In this document: one piece after another, positions 1 through 15,787 of the stretch
Layout: each line of letters begins with the position of its first letter
How positions within the stretch are numbered: the stretch's first letter is position 1
Source: Escherichia coli
Lineage (GTDB): Bacteria > Pseudomonadota > Gammaproteobacteria > Enterobacterales > Enterobacteriaceae
Reading direction: 5' to 3' (one strand)
NCBI RefSeq assembly: GCF_001677475.2
Contig: NZ_CP015229.1
DNA length: 64,000 nucleotides
Program-made: the position numbers and the translations under genes
Notes under the pieces: model-generated
Told to the model about the DNA's origin: nothing
The model's database searches: none
Seen by the model: only the letters and a program-made list of their open reading frames with translations

Positions 1-19
1 TTATTATTAGAAAAGATGA

Positions 20-1378
20 TTATGCTACGTCTTCGTACTGCGGAACCGGGTTACGGAAACTCTTGGTTACGCAAGCCAGGTAAATCAGGCCGATAGCCGC
101 CCAGATCAGACCCAGAACCATTGAGCTCTCTTCCAGGTTAACCCACAGCGCACCTACAGTCAGCGCACCACACATCGGCAGGAACAGATACTGGAAGTGA
201 TCTTTCAGCGTCTTGTTACGCTTCTCACGGATCCAGAACTGCGAAATAACCGACAGGTTAACGAAGGTGAACGCCACCAGCGCACCAAAGTTAATCAGCG
301 CCGTAGCCATTACCAGGTCGAAGTTGATTGCCAGCAGAGCAATCGCGCCAACCAGGATGATGTTCATCGCCGGAGTACGCCATTTCGGGTGTACATAACC
401 GAAGAAGCTTTTCGGGAACACGCCGTCACGACCCATTACGTACATCAGACGCGCCACGCCTGCGTGCGCCGCCATACCGGACGCCAGTACGGTAATGGTG
501 GAGAAGATCAGCGCGCCAACCTGGAACGCTTTACCCGCAACGTACAGCATGATTTCAGGCTGTGACGCATCCGGATCTTTAAAGCGAGAGATATCCGGGA
601 AGTACAGCTGCAGGAAGTAAGTTGCAAAGATGAAGATCATGCCGCCGATCAGCGCGGTCAGGAAAATCGCACGCGGGATCACGCGCTCTGCATCTTTGGT
701 TTCTTCCGACAGGTTGCTGATGCCGTCAAAGCCGGTAAAGGAGAAGCACAGGATTGTCGCCCCGGTAATCATCGGGATAACATGCGCATCGCCAGACCAG
801 AACGGACGAGTGCTCGCCAGCGTACCAGCGCCTTCACCTTCAAATACGCCATAAACAACCATGCCCAGAATCACCGCGATCAGCACTACCTGCAACACGA
901 CGATTACAGTGTTGAAGTTCGCTACGGATTTCAGACTACGCAGGTTAAAGGCGGTCATAAAGGCCACCAGCGCCACCACAAACATCCACGATGGGATGGA
1001 AGGCACCAGAGCTTCAAAATAGATTTTCGCCAGCAGAATGTTGATCATCGGCGCGAACAGATAGTCGAGCAGAGAAGACCAACCCACCATAAAGCCGACA
1101 GTCGGGCTAATGGATTTCTGGGCGTAAGTGTATGCAGAGCCAGCAGAAGGATAGCGGCGAACCAGCTTCCCGTAGCTCAGAGCCGTAAACAGGATCGCAA
1201 TCAATGCGAACGCATAGGCTGTCGGCACATGACCATCCGTGAGGCCTGAAACGATACCAAATGTATCAAACAGCGTCATCGGCTGCATATAGGCAAGACC
1301 CATCATTACAACCGGAACTAACGTAAGCGTTTTACGCAATTCCACGCGAGAGGTGTTTGGAGTAACGTTATGCGACAT
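20..1378 (-). CDS. plaP: Putrescine/amino acid APC-family permease PlaP (YeeF); 454-aa ORF, probable start at third codon (MSHNVTPNT...)
   Basis: ORF translation is a multi-TM APC-type permease matching remembered E. coli PlaP; synteny with yeeY/yeeZ. Confidence 0.85.
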   Translation of the reverse strand: MSHNVTPNTSRVELRKTLTLVPVVMMGLAYMQPMTLFDTFGIVSGLTDGHVPTAYAFALIAILFTALSYGKLVRRYPSAGSAYTYAQKSISPTVGFMVGWSSLLDYLFAPMINILLAKIYFEALVPSIPSWMFVVALVAFMTAFNLRSLKSVANFNTVIVVLQVVLIAVILGMVVYGVFEGEGAGTLASTRPFWSGDAHVIPMITGATILCFSFTGFDGISNLSEETKDAERVIPRAIFLTALIGGMIFIFATYFLQLYFPDISRFKDPDASQPEIMLYVAGKAFQVGALIFSTITVLASGMAAHAGVARLMYVMGRDGVFPKSFFGYVHPKWRTPAMNIILVGAIALLAINFDLVMATALINFGALVAFTFVNLSVISQFWIREKRNKTLKDHFQYLFLPMCGALTVGALWVNLEESSMVLGLIWAAIGLIYLACVTKSFRNPVPQYEDVA

Positions 1379-1525
1379 GGTCATTCTCCTTTACGGTGAT
1401 AACCGTCGCGTAAGCAAAAAATTGCCCCATTTTTTTGGATTCCTCAGCGACAACAACTGTCGATTTTTAGTAAATATCTATCCGGTACGAAGCCCGGCCT
1501 CTTGGTATGAATGATTGGTTTGAAG

Positions 1526-1562
1526 CAAAAAATAACCGACGCTGATGAAACGTCGGTTTTTA
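1526..1562 (-). terminator. Rho-independent terminator hairpin (accgacg...cgtcggt) flanked by A and T runs, downstream of yeeY
   Basis: Inverted repeat with flanking A6/T5 runs read directly from sequence. Confidence 0.5.
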
Positions 1563-1644
1563 GTCATTTTTTGACAGCGGCGCATTGTGCCTAAATAGGG
1601 GGGAAATGACAAGAGAATGAGAGGCTTGTCATAATAATTTTTCT

Positions 1645-2574
1645 TTAAATGGCTGATTTTCCGTCATCAGATTTTGCATAAACACCGGCGATCGCACTAT
1701 TTGCTAAAATTTCATCTCGCCACCAGCCGCTGGCAAGCCCTGCGGTCTGTTCGTTCCAGCCAATCCAGACGGGTTCAAAGAGAGTTTGGGCGACTACTTT
1801 CTTCTCGATTAACGCGCCACTATCGAGAAAACGTTGCGCCAGATAACGGGGTAAATAGCCGCAGCCAAGGCCGCTAATTTGCAGCTCCAGCTTGGTTTTA
1901 AAATCGAAAACGGTAATGGCTTCTTGTTCGTCGAGAACTTGTGAGGCCGTAGAAGCGCCGGCCTGTGCAGTGTCCCCCACCACAATCGCCCGATATCGTT
2001 TAATGATACGACGGTTTAACGGTTCTTCTTCCAGGGCTAACGGATGATGAGGCGCGACCGCAAAGACTTGTTCCAGATCGCCCAACCGCGAGAAACCAAA
2101 CTCACTGGAAGATGGTGGCTCATGCATCGCGCCAACAATAATATCCGCTCGCCCCTGAGTCAGGGCATCCCAGGAACCACCGAGTACGCCATTGATAAAC
2201 TTCAGGCGCGTCACGCTATGATGTTGATAAAAAGCTTCAATGAGTGGCGCAAGCAGAGAAAAAGGAAACGTGTCGTCCACGCCAATCACCAGCTCGTTTT
2301 CCCAGCCTTCGTGCAGTTTGATCGCCTGCTTTTCCAGTTCTCGCACGGTATGCAGAACTTCCCGCCCTTTCTCTAATAACATTTTTCCGGTGCGGGTGAA
2401 TTTAGCGCGGTGACCGCTACGATCAAGCAATTGAATATTAAGGTCGCTTTCCAGCTTGTGAACGGTGTAACTTAGAGCGGATGGCGTCTTGTAGAGTTTG
2501 GCCGACGCCGCCGCAAAACTGCCTTCTTTTTCTAAGGCATCGAGGATCATCAACACATCCAGCAGTGGTTTCAT
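1645..2574 (-). CDS. yeeY: LysR-family transcriptional regulator YeeY
   Basis: N-terminal HTH (LSYTVHKLESDLNIQLLDR) plus LysR substrate-binding domain in ORF translation; synteny. Confidence 0.85.
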   Translation of the reverse strand: MKPLLDVLMILDALEKEGSFAAASAKLYKTPSALSYTVHKLESDLNIQLLDRSGHRAKFTRTGKMLLEKGREVLHTVRELEKQAIKLHEGWENELVIGVDDTFPFSLLAPLIEAFYQHHSVTRLKFINGVLGGSWDALTQGRADIIVGAMHEPPSSSEFGFSRLGDLEQVFAVAPHHPLALEEEPLNRRIIKRYRAIVVGDTAQAGASTASQVLDEQEAITVFDFKTKLELQISGLGCGYLPRYLAQRFLDSGALIEKKVVAQTLFEPVWIGWNEQTAGLASGWWRDEILANSAIAGVYAKSDDGKSAI

Positions 2575-2619
2575 ACACGCCCCCTTGCAGTGTATGCGGC
2601 GTCCTGCTGGCGTGATCGT

Positions 2620-3444
2620 TTACTCCAGCGGCATTACCAGCGGATCGGGATACTGGTATTCAAACCCCAGTTCATTACAAATCCGACTGCCATCAATAAT
2701 CTTACCTTTGCCGCTGTCCAGACTATTTCTGAACTGCGGAGGTTCCAGCCCCAGTAAACGGGCCATCTGCGGATAGAAAACATTACGCGCAGGGTGAGCT
2801 GGCGCACATATATTATAGATGTGTCCGCCTTTAGGTGCCTGTAACAACAGAGTGATAGCGCCAATAACATCTTCTAAATGGACTAAATTAACACCATGTT
2901 CACCATCAGGCGCGGTTTTTCCGGCAAAGAAGCGTCCGGGATGACGTCCCGGTCCGACCAGCCCCGCAAGACGCAGAATATCGACCGAAGTACCGGGTAA
3001 ATTGTGCAGCCAGTCTTCGAGTTCTTCTAATACTCGTCCACTGTTGGTCACCGGATTACGCGGGGTGGTTTCTTTCACCGTGCCTTGCGCGTCGCCATAG
3101 ACAGATGTTGAGCTGGTAAAAATAATTCGGGGAATACGATGGGCCAGCGCGCTATCCACTAACTCTTGTACCGCTTGTAAATAGAACTCATCGCCGGGGC
3201 CGCTACGACGTGCCGGAAGCGTAATGACCAGCGCGTCGGCATCCATCAGGGCATCCAGATCGTCAGAATCGCAAACTAACTCAGGCTCCATGCGAAGCAG
3301 ATAGCTATCAATGCCACTCATTCGGGCCGCTTCGACACCATCTTGTGTGGTTTTACTCCCGGTGACTTGCCAGCCTCGCGCTGAAAGTGACATCGCCAGC
3401 GGCATGCCTAACCACCCTAACCCGACAATTGCGACCTTTTTCAT
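2620..3444 (-). CDS. yeeZ: NAD-dependent epimerase/dehydratase family protein YeeZ
   Basis: Rossmann N-terminus MKKVAIVGLGWLG; 274 aa; synteny. Confidence 0.85.
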   Translation of the reverse strand: MKKVAIVGLGWLGMPLAMSLSARGWQVTGSKTTQDGVEAARMSGIDSYLLRMEPELVCDSDDLDALMDADALVITLPARRSGPGDEFYLQAVQELVDSALAHRIPRIIFTSSTSVYGDAQGTVKETTPRNPVTNSGRVLEELEDWLHNLPGTSVDILRLAGLVGPGRHPGRFFAGKTAPDGEHGVNLVHLEDVIGAITLLLQAPKGGHIYNICAPAHPARNVFYPQMARLLGLEPPQFRNSLDSGKGKIIDGSRICNELGFEYQYPDPLVMPLE

Positions 3445-3526
3445 CCGTTATCTCCTGATACACCTTAGATCTATAAGGCTACGCTAGCGTATCAAAACTG
3501 ACAATTCATTCTATGAATGAATCTGT

Positions 3527-3781
3527 TCAATAATGATAACGACATGCTGCAATGAGCAGTGAATCGTCGGTAACCGCGTATACCAGACGGTGCTCCTCTG
3601 TAATGCGTCGGGACCAGAAACCTGACAAATTATGTTTCAGGGGTTCTGGCTTCCCCTTACCTTCAAATGGCGTTCTGCGGGTATCTTTGATAAGTTCATT
3701 GATCTTTTTAACAATTCGCTTATCTGTTTCCTGCCAGTACAGATAATCATCCCATGATTCCTCAGACCAGATTAGTTTCAC
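3527..3781 (-). CDS. yoeB: YoeB toxin (RelE/ParE superfamily mRNA interferase)
   Basis: 84-aa [25 protein letters not shown]... ending ...CRYHY; overlaps yefM stop by 4 nt. Confidence 0.9.
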
Positions 3782-4029
3782 TCAATAATGTCCTTTTCCG
3801 TTCCTTTGCCAGATTTCAGGCTATCGATTGAGTCCATCAATCTCCGGGCATTAGCGGGGGAACGCAGTAGATAAGCCGTCTCCTCCAGGGAGTTGTATTC
3901 TTCGAGTGACATCAGAACACAAGCCTCTCCATTCTGACGAGTAATAAGGATCGGGGCATGATCTTCAACGGCTTTCATCATTGTTGCCGACAAATTCTGA
4001 CGCGCTTCGCTGTAGCTAATTGTACGCAT
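3778..4029 (-). CDS. yefM: YefM antitoxin (Phd/YefM family); start taken at internal Met [13 protein letters not shown]
   Basis: ORF translation matches remembered 83-aa YefM; ORF-track N-terminal extension is probably not translated. Confidence 0.85.
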
Positions 4030-4044
4030 GTTAATCTCCTCTTT

Positions 4045-4062
4045 TGTACATTTCATTGTACA
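4045..4062. promoter_or_regulatory. Putative YefM-YoeB operator: two TGTACA core motifs 12 bp apart just upstream of yefM
   Basis: ttgTGTACAtttcatTGTACAat read in sequence; the TGTACA core of the yefM operator is established knowledge. Confidence 0.5.
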
Positions 4063-4312
4063 ATGATGGGCGTTAATTAACTATTTATTAATTAGTTTGT
4101 AGATCAAGATATTGTCAGTGAGTCGAAAAATACAGGCTTCGCTATTTTTGGTGCCGTCAGCTTAGAGGTCAGTCCTCTTAGCACCCTCCTTGCCCCGCTC
4201 ATTCATTAAACAAATCCATCGCCATAAAATATATAAAAAAGCCCTTGCTTTCTAACGTGAAAGTGGTTTAGGTTAAAAGACATCAGTTGAATAAACATTC
4301 ACAGAGACTTTT

Positions 4313-4363
4313 ATGACACGCGTTCAATTTAAACACCACCATCATCACCATCATCCTGACTAG
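4313..4363 (+). CDS. hisL: his operon leader peptide HisL (MTRVQFKHHHHHHHPD, 7 consecutive His codons)
   Basis: 16-codon ORF with His7 run read directly; too short for ORF track. Confidence 0.95.
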   Translation: MTRVQFKHHHHHHHPD

Positions 4364-4423
4364 TCTTTCAGGCGATGTGTGCTGGAAGACATTCAGATCT
4401 TCCAGTGGTGCATGAACGCATGA

Positions 4424-4460
4424 GAAAGCCCCCGGAAGATCATCTTCCGGGGGCTTTTTT
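4424..4460 (+). terminator. his attenuator terminator (gcccccggaag...cttccgggggc followed by T6)
   Basis: Perfect GC-rich hairpin plus T-run between hisL and hisG. Confidence 0.9.
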
Positions 4461-4508
4461 ATTGCGCGATTGATAACGGTTCAGACAGGTTTAAAGAGGA
4501 ATAACAAA

Positions 4509-5408
4509 ATGACAGACAACACTCGTTTACGCATAGCTATGCAGAAATCCGGCCGTTTAAGTGATGACTCACGCGAATTGCTGGCGCGCTGTGGCATTAA
4601 AATCAATCTTCACACCCAGCGCCTGATCGCGATGGCAGAAAACATGCCGATTGATATTCTGCGTGTGCGTGACGACGACATTCCCGGTCTGGTAATGGAT
4701 GGCGTAGTAGACCTTGGGATTATCGGCGAAAACGTGCTGGAAGAAGAGCTGCTTAACCGCCGCGCCCAGGGTGAAGATCCGCGCTACTTTACCCTGCGTC
4801 GACTGGATTTCGGCGGCTGCCGCCTTTCGCTGGCAACGCCGGTTGATGAAGCCTGGGACGGCCCGCTCTCCTTAAACGGTAAACGTATTGCCACCTCTTA
4901 TCCTCACCTGCTCAAGCGTTATCTCGACCAGAAAGGCATCTCTTTTAAATCCTGCTTGCTGAACGGTTCTGTTGAAGTCGCCCCGCGCGCCGGACTGGCG
5001 GATGCAATTTGCGATCTGGTTTCCACCGGTGCCACGCTGGAAGCTAACGGCCTGCGCGAAGTCGAAGTTATCTACCGCTCGAAAGCCTGCCTGATCCAGC
5101 GCGATGGCGAAATGGAAGAATCCAAACAGCAGCTGATCGACAAACTGCTGACCCGTATTCAGGGTGTGATCCAAGCGCGCGAATCAAAATACATCATGAT
5201 GCACGCACCGACCGAACGTCTGGATGAAGTCATCGCCCTGCTGCCAGGTGCCGAACGCCCAACTATTCTACCGCTGGCGGGTGATCAACAGCGCGTAGCG
5301 ATGCACATGGTCAGTAGCGAAACCCTGTTCTGGGAAACGATGGAAAAACTGAAAGCGCTGGGTGCCAGTTCAATTCTGGTCCTGCCGATTGAGAAGATGA
5401 TGGAGTGA
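4509..5408 (+). CDS. hisG: ATP phosphoribosyltransferase HisG (start at [12 protein letters not shown])
   Basis: ORF translation matches HisG; operon context. Confidence 0.95.
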
Positions 5409-5413
5409 TCGCC

Positions 5414-7796
<2,383 letters not shown>

Positions 7797-7797
<1 letters not shown>

Positions 7798-8863
7798 TGA
7801 GTCAGAAGTATCTTTTTATCGATCGCGATGGAACCCTGATTAGCGAACCGCCGAGTGATTTTCAGGTGGACCGTTTTGACAAACTCGCCTTTGAACCGGG
7901 CGTGATCCCGGAACTGCTGAAGCTGCAAAAAGCGGGCTACAAGCTGGTGATGATCACTAATCAGGATGGTCTTGGAACACAAAGTTTCCCGCAGCCGGAT
8001 TTTGATGGCCCGCACAACCTGATGATGCAGATCTTCACCTCGCAAGGCGTACAGTTTGATGAAGTGCTGATTTGTCCGCATCTGCCCGCCGATGAGTGCG
8101 ACTGCCGTAAGCCGAAAGTAAAACTGGTGGAGCGTTATCTGGCTGAGCAAGCGATGGATCGCTCTAACAGTTATGTGATTGGCGATCGCGCGACCGATAT
8201 TCAACTGGCAGAAAACATGGGCATTACTGGTTTACGCTACGACCGCGAAACCCTGAACTGGCCGATGATTGGCGAGCAACTTACCAAACGAGACCGTTAC
8301 GCCCATGTAGTGCGCAACACCAAAGAGACGCAAATTGACGTCCAGGTGTGGCTGGATCGTGAAGGTGGCAGCAAGATTAACACCGGCGTTGGCTTCTTTG
8401 ATCACATGCTGGATCAGATCGCCACCCACGGCGGTTTCCGCATGGAAATCAACGTCAAAGGCGACCTCTATATCGACGATCACCACACCGTCGAAGATAC
8501 CGGCCTGGCGCTGGGCGAAGCGTTAAAAATGGCTCTTGGCGACAAACGCGGTATTTGTCGCTTTGGTTTTGTGCTACCGATGGACGAATGCCTTGCCCGC
8601 TGTGCACTGGATATCTCTGGTCGCCCGCACCTGGAATATAAGGCCGAATTTACCTACCAGCGCGTGGGCGATCTCAGCACCGAAATGATCGAGCACTTCT
8701 TCCGTTCGCTCTCATACACCATGGGCGTGACCCTGCACCTGAAAACCAAAGGTAAAAACGATCACCACCGTGTAGAGAGCCTGTTCAAAGCTTTTGGTCG
8801 CACCCTGCGCCAGGCCATCCGCGTGGAAGGCGATACCCTGCCCTCATCGAAAGGAGTGCTGTA

Positions 8864-8864
<1 letters not shown>
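7797..8864 (+). CDS. hisB: Bifunctional histidinol-phosphatase / imidazoleglycerol-phosphate dehydratase HisB (start at [14 protein letters not shown])
   Basis: HAD motif DRDGTL at N-terminus and IGPD domain; operon context. Confidence 0.95.
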
Positions 8865-10942
<2,078 letters not shown>

Positions 10943-10949
<7 letters not shown>

Positions 10950-11554
10950 CAGAACAACAACGTCGCGAACTGGACTGGGAAAAAACTGACGGACTGATGC
11001 CGGTGATTGTTCAACACGCGGTATCTGGCGAAGTGCTAATGCTGGGCTATATGAACCCGGAAGCCTTAGACAAAACCATCGAAAGCGGCAAAGTCACCTT
11101 CTTCTCGCGCACTAAACAGCGACTGTGGACCAAAGGCGAAACGTCGGGTAATTTCCTCAACGTAGTGAGCATTGCGCCGGACTGCGACAACGACACTTTA
11201 TTAGTGCTGGCGAATCCCATCGGCCCGACCTGCCACAAAGGCACCAGCAGCTGCTTCGGTGACACCGCTCACCAGTGGCTGTTCCTCTATCAACTGGAAC
11301 AACTGCTTGCCGAACGTAAATCTGCCGATCCGGAAACCTCCTACACTGCCAAACTGTATGCCAGCGGCACCAAACGCATCGCGCAGAAAGTGGGCGAAGA
11401 AGGCGTGGAAACCGCACTAGCAGCAACGGTACATGACCGCTTTGAGCTGACCAACGAGGCATCTGACTTGATGTATCACCTGCTGGTGCTGTTGCAGGAT
11501 CAGGACCTGGATTTAACGACGGTGATTGAGAACCTGCGTAAACGGCATCAGTGA
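10943..11554 (+). CDS. hisI: Bifunctional phosphoribosyl-AMP cyclohydrolase / phosphoribosyl-ATP pyrophosphatase HisIE
   Basis: 203-aa ORF; operon context. Confidence 0.95.
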
Positions 11555-11565
11555 GTTGCGGGGTA

Positions 11566-11640
11566 AGCGGATGCGATATTGTTGTCGCATCCGGCAAAAA
11601 AAAACGGGCAAGGTGTCACCACCCTGCCCATTTTCTTTAA
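11566..11640. terminator. Bidirectional terminator region between hisI and wzzB (two hairpins separated by A9, followed by T-rich run)
   Basis: gcggatgcgata...tgtcgcatccggc A9 gggcaaggtg...accctgccc attttcttt read in sequence. Confidence 0.7.
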
Positions 11641-11651
11641 AACCGAAAAGA

Positions 11652-12632
11652 TTACTTCGCGTTGTAATTACGCAGAGCGTTACGCCCCAACACAATCCCC
11701 GCGCCAACCATGCCGCCCAGCAGCACCGCCAGAATCAAGGTAATTGCCTTTTTCGGACTATCGCGACGAATAGGTAACGTCGGTTTCATCACATAACGGT
11801 AAGCATGAATATCAAGATCATCAACTTTTAAGCTTTCGATATCCAGCAGGTTTTGACGAGTCTGATAGTAGTTTGGTGAGAACACCAACGGACGGGTCGC
11901 TTCATGTTTAATCATCGACTCCAGCGCTTCGCTACCCAAAAGGAACAACGTATCTTGCGTCACATCTTCAGTCTGCTGAACCTGTGGCTTTGTCACCTGC
12001 GCCTGATTCGCATACTGCAACGCTTCCTGAATCTGACGGATACGCAGATCTTTCTGCTCCTGCGCGACTACTTCCTGCGTTCTTAAAGAGTCCTGCAAGT
12101 TTTTCCGTCCCAGAGCAATGTTGTCTTTGAGATCCTTTTCTAGCTCTTGATTCACTTTATCATCAACTTGCTGAATGTATTGGGCCAACTTCATTTGTGC
12201 GCCCTCTGCAGTTTGCCCAACATAAGAAACAGTCAATGGTAATTGCTGGTTCTTAACAGAAGGTTCGATGGTAAGTTTTTCTGGTTCATCCTGATTATCC
12301 AGCGTTTCTGCTAATGCAGAGAAGGCAGAACTGAAGCGACCAATTAACGTCTCCTGCAAATCCGATACTTTCGGTGCAGCCTGACCATAGATAACATTCA
12401 TGGCATTGTTATAGCCAGCAATTTGCCCCACGTCGGGCTGAGTGATAATTGCTGTTGACGTCCATTTCTCCTTCGCAACTGCCAAATATCCAATAGCCAG
12501 GGCAATAGCCACAATGACGGAAATGATGATTGTCATCTTGCCACGCCACAACTGCACTAGTAAATCAATCAAATCAATCTGTTCTGGGTCATTATTTTGC
12601 CCAGAAACATTATTATTTTCTACTCTCATCAT
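11652..12632 (-). CDS. wzzB: O-antigen chain-length determinant WzzB (polysaccharide co-polymerase 1); start approximate (near MRVENNN)
   Basis: ORF translation with N- and C-terminal TM segments and coiled-coil periplasmic region; position between his and ugd. Confidence 0.85.
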   Translation of the reverse strand: MMRVENNNVSGQNNDPEQIDLIDLLVQLWRGKMTIIISVIVAIALAIGYLAVAKEKWTSTAIITQPDVGQIAGYNNAMNVIYGQAAPKVSDLQETLIGRFSSAFSALAETLDNQDEPEKLTIEPSVKNQQLPLTVSYVGQTAEGAQMKLAQYIQQVDDKVNQELEKDLKDNIALGRKNLQDSLRTQEVVAQEQKDLRIRQIQEALQYANQAQVTKPQVQQTEDVTQDTLFLLGSEALESMIKHEATRPLVFSPNYYQTRQNLLDIESLKVDDLDIHAYRYVMKPTLPIRRDSPKKAITLILAVLLGGMVGAGIVLGRNALRNYNAK

Positions 12633-12774
12633 TACCCTAACTGACGGAAATTTCCAAGTCCGCATAGTTTAGCGATAATCCTCGTGAATGCTATAGGATA
12701 AGTGATAAAAATAATGAATTGTTGCGTAAGTAACAAAAGACAATCAGGGCGTAAATAGCCCTGATAACAAGATG

Positions 12775-13950
<1,176 letters not shown>

Positions 13951-14131
13951 TCAGAATTAACTTAACTGTGAATCATGATGTTTTTAGCATCCTGATAAGA
14001 GTTAAAAGTTTTAACGCTACGTTGTAAGATGGTCAACGCAACGAAAAACAATTCAGATTTTCTTTATAAGAATAGCTGATATTTATTAAGTTAATATTAA
14101 GCAGTGAAATTTAGTCTATAAGATATTTGGC

Positions 14132-14163
14132 AAAAAAAAGCCCGGTGCAATATACGCCGGGCC
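14132..14163 (-). terminator. Rho-independent terminator downstream of gnd (gcccggtg...cgccgggc with A8 on plus strand = T8 on minus)
   Basis: Hairpin plus homopolymer run read directly. Confidence 0.6.
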
Positions 14164-14189
14164 TCAATTTTATTGTTGATTAAATCAGA

Positions 14190-15596
14190 TTAATCCAGCC
14201 ATTCAGTATGGAACACACCTTCTTTATCAATGCGCTTATAAGTATGCGCACCGAAATAGTCACGCTGTGCCTGGATCAGGTTTGCAGGCAGAACTGCGGC
14301 GCGGTAGCTGTCATAATAGGCAACCGCAGCCGCGAAGGTCGGAACCGGGATACCGTTCTGTACTGCATAAGCAACGACATCACGCAGCGCCTGCTGGTAG
14401 TCATCGGCAATTTGCTTAAAGTACGGAGCCAGCAGCAGGTTAGCGATCTGTGGATTTTCGGCATATGCATCGGTGATTTTCTGCAGGAACTGCGCACGGA
14501 TGATGCAGCCAGCACGGAAAATCTTCGCGATTTCGCCGTAGTTCAGATCCCAGTTGTATTCTTCAGACGCAGCACGCAGCTGAGAGAAGCCCTGAGCGTA
14601 AGAAACGATTTTGCCCAGATACAGCGCACGGCGAACTTTTTCGATGAACTCAGCCTTGTCGCCTGCTGACTGAGCTTGCGGACCAGAGAGAACTTTAGAT
14701 GCGGCAACGCGCTGATCTTTCAGAGAAGAGATATAACGTGCAAACACAGACTCGGTAATCAGCGACAGCGGTTCTCCGAGATCCAGCGCGCTCTGGCTGG
14801 TCCATTTACCGGTACCTTTGTTAGCCGCTTCATCCAGGATCACATCAACCAAGTAGTTACCGTCTTCATCTTTTTTAGTGAAGATGTCTTTGGTGATGTC
14901 GATCAGGTAGCTGCTCAGTTCACCGTTATTCCACTCGGTAAAGGTCTGTGCCAGTTCTTCGTTGGTGAGGTTCAGGCCACCTTTAAGCAGAGAATAGGCT
15001 TCAGCAATCAGTTGCATATCACCGTATTCAATACCGTTGTGAACCATCTTCACATAGTGACCTGCACCATCGGCACCAATATAGGTAACGCATGGCTCCC
15101 CGTCTTCAGCTACTGCGGCGATTTTGGTCAGGATCGGTGCAACCAGTTCATAGGCTTCTTTCTGCCCACCAGGCATAATGGAAGGACCTTTCAGCGCACC
15201 TTCTTCACCGCCGGAAACACCGGTACCAATGAAGTTAAAACCTTCGGCAGAAAGCTCACGATTACGACGAATGGTGTCCTGGAAGAAGGTATTACCACCA
15301 TCAATAATGATGTCACCTTTATCGAGGTATGGCTTGAGGGAATCAATAGCAGCATCCGTGCCTGCACCTGCTTTAACCATTAACAGGATGCGACGAGGCG
15401 TTTCCAGAGATTCAACGAACTCTTTCACCGTATAGTAAGGAACCAGTTTTTTGCCTGGATTTTCGGCAATCACTTCTTCCGTCTTTTCACGGGAACGGTT
15501 GAAAATAGAGACGGTATAACCACGGCTTTCGATGTTAAGCGCAAGATTGCGCCCCATCACTGCCATACCGACTACGCCAATCTGTTGCTTTGACAT
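14190..15596 (-). CDS. gnd: 6-phosphogluconate dehydrogenase (decarboxylating) Gnd
   Basis: [21 protein letters not shown]... 468 aa; synteny. Confidence 0.95.
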   Translation of the reverse strand: MSKQQIGVVGMAVMGRNLALNIESRGYTVSIFNRSREKTEEVIAENPGKKLVPYYTVKEFVESLETPRRILLMVKAGAGTDAAIDSLKPYLDKGDIIIDGGNTFFQDTIRRNRELSAEGFNFIGTGVSGGEEGALKGPSIMPGGQKEAYELVAPILTKIAAVAEDGEPCVTYIGADGAGHYVKMVHNGIEYGDMQLIAEAYSLLKGGLNLTNEELAQTFTEWNNGELSSYLIDITKDIFTKKDEDGNYLVDVILDEAANKGTGKWTSQSALDLGEPLSLITESVFARYISSLKDQRVAASKVLSGPQAQSAGDKAEFIEKVRRALYLGKIVSYAQGFSQLRAASEEYNWDLNYGEIAKIFRAGCIIRAQFLQKITDAYAENPQIANLLLAPYFKQIADDYQQALRDVVAYAVQNGIPVPTFAAAVAYYDSYRAAVLPANLIQAQRDYFGAHTYKRIDKEGVFHTEWLD

Positions 15597-15787
15597 TGTT
15601 TACTCCTGTCAGGGGGTTACCGCGGGATTGCGCGGCTTGAATATGAAACAGATGTTAACTCAAGTTACATGAATGTGTGTAGTGCTGAATTTCATTAATG
15701 CAACGAATACCGTTCATCTTCCTTTATACAGACATCCACTTGTAACCAAACCTACGCGCACATGTAAGCGAAGATAAATCTATAACA

